From assembly GCF_964188315.1 (NCBI RefSeq), contig NC_135659.1, forward strand, positions 37,944,001 through 38,008,000: a stretch of 64,000 nt of DNA, in the 5' to 3' direction. Positions within the stretch are counted from its first letter, which is position 1, and the number at the start of each line of letters is the position of its first letter. The stretch is from Podarcis muralis. Lineage: Eukaryota. Below the pieces are notes generated by a model. The model was not told the DNA's origin, did not search any database, and saw only the letters and a program-made list of their open reading frames with translations. Positions 63,747 through 64,000 of this stretch are shown one piece after another. The position numbers were made by a program, and so were the translations under genes.

Positions 63747-64000
63747 CAGAACCTCCAAATGTCCCTATTTTCCAAGGACAGTCCCAGAGTTACAGAAGCC
63801 ATCCAAGTTTCTGATTTACCCCAGAATGTCCCACTTTTCCTTAGAATGTCCCTCTTTTCATCAGAGAAATGTTGGAGGGTATGGAGTTATCCAACCCCCA
63901 AGCCATTTGAAGGCAGAATTGTATAGGAATGTTTTTAAAAGTTTAGTGTTTCTTTATGTTTTTATATATGTTGGAAGCTGCCCAGAGTTTCTGGGGCAAC
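63747..64000 (+). mobile_element. Composite hAT-Tip100-like/L2 element, truncated by the window end
   Basis: CAGAACCTCCAAATGTCCCTATTTTCC...AATGTTGGAGGGTATG (63883), then GAGTTAT and an L2-like tail. Reverse-complement homolog of ~185-449. Confidence 0.8.

Noticed and set aside
1-64000. Host gene assignment, autonomous transposase, ERV/LTR element or NUMT
   Set aside because: No recognisable host-protein motif, DDE transposase ORF, gag/pol/env, paired LTRs or mitochondrial sequence was seen.

Overview
Vertebrate nuclear DNA from a squamate, most likely a lacertid lizard. This is inferred from a Sauria SINE, Squam3-type SINEs and typical squamate MITE families, recognised from memory and not by database search. 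The window is AT-rich, CpG-poor and reads as intronic or intergenic. It carries dense transposon debris: 5'-truncated LINEs (RTE-X-like with an intact reading frame, L1, L2, CR1, RTE/BovB-like), tRNA-derived SINEs, many hAT and Tc1/mariner MITEs with visible TIRs and TSDs, about 15 microsatellites and two N gaps. I could not identify a host protein-coding gene. Nearly all ORF-track entries are chance ORFs or repeat-derived. There is no CRISPR, rRNA or genuine tRNA gene. The most notable observations are: a young LINE nested in a MITE; a MITE built from a 99-bp-period array of palindromes; a hAT/L2 chimera present twice; a template-switch double palindrome; and several unverified splice-signal candidates (an 81-nt exon, a 9-nt microexon and a CpG-retaining two-exon module). 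I found no clear evidence of a new biological system.
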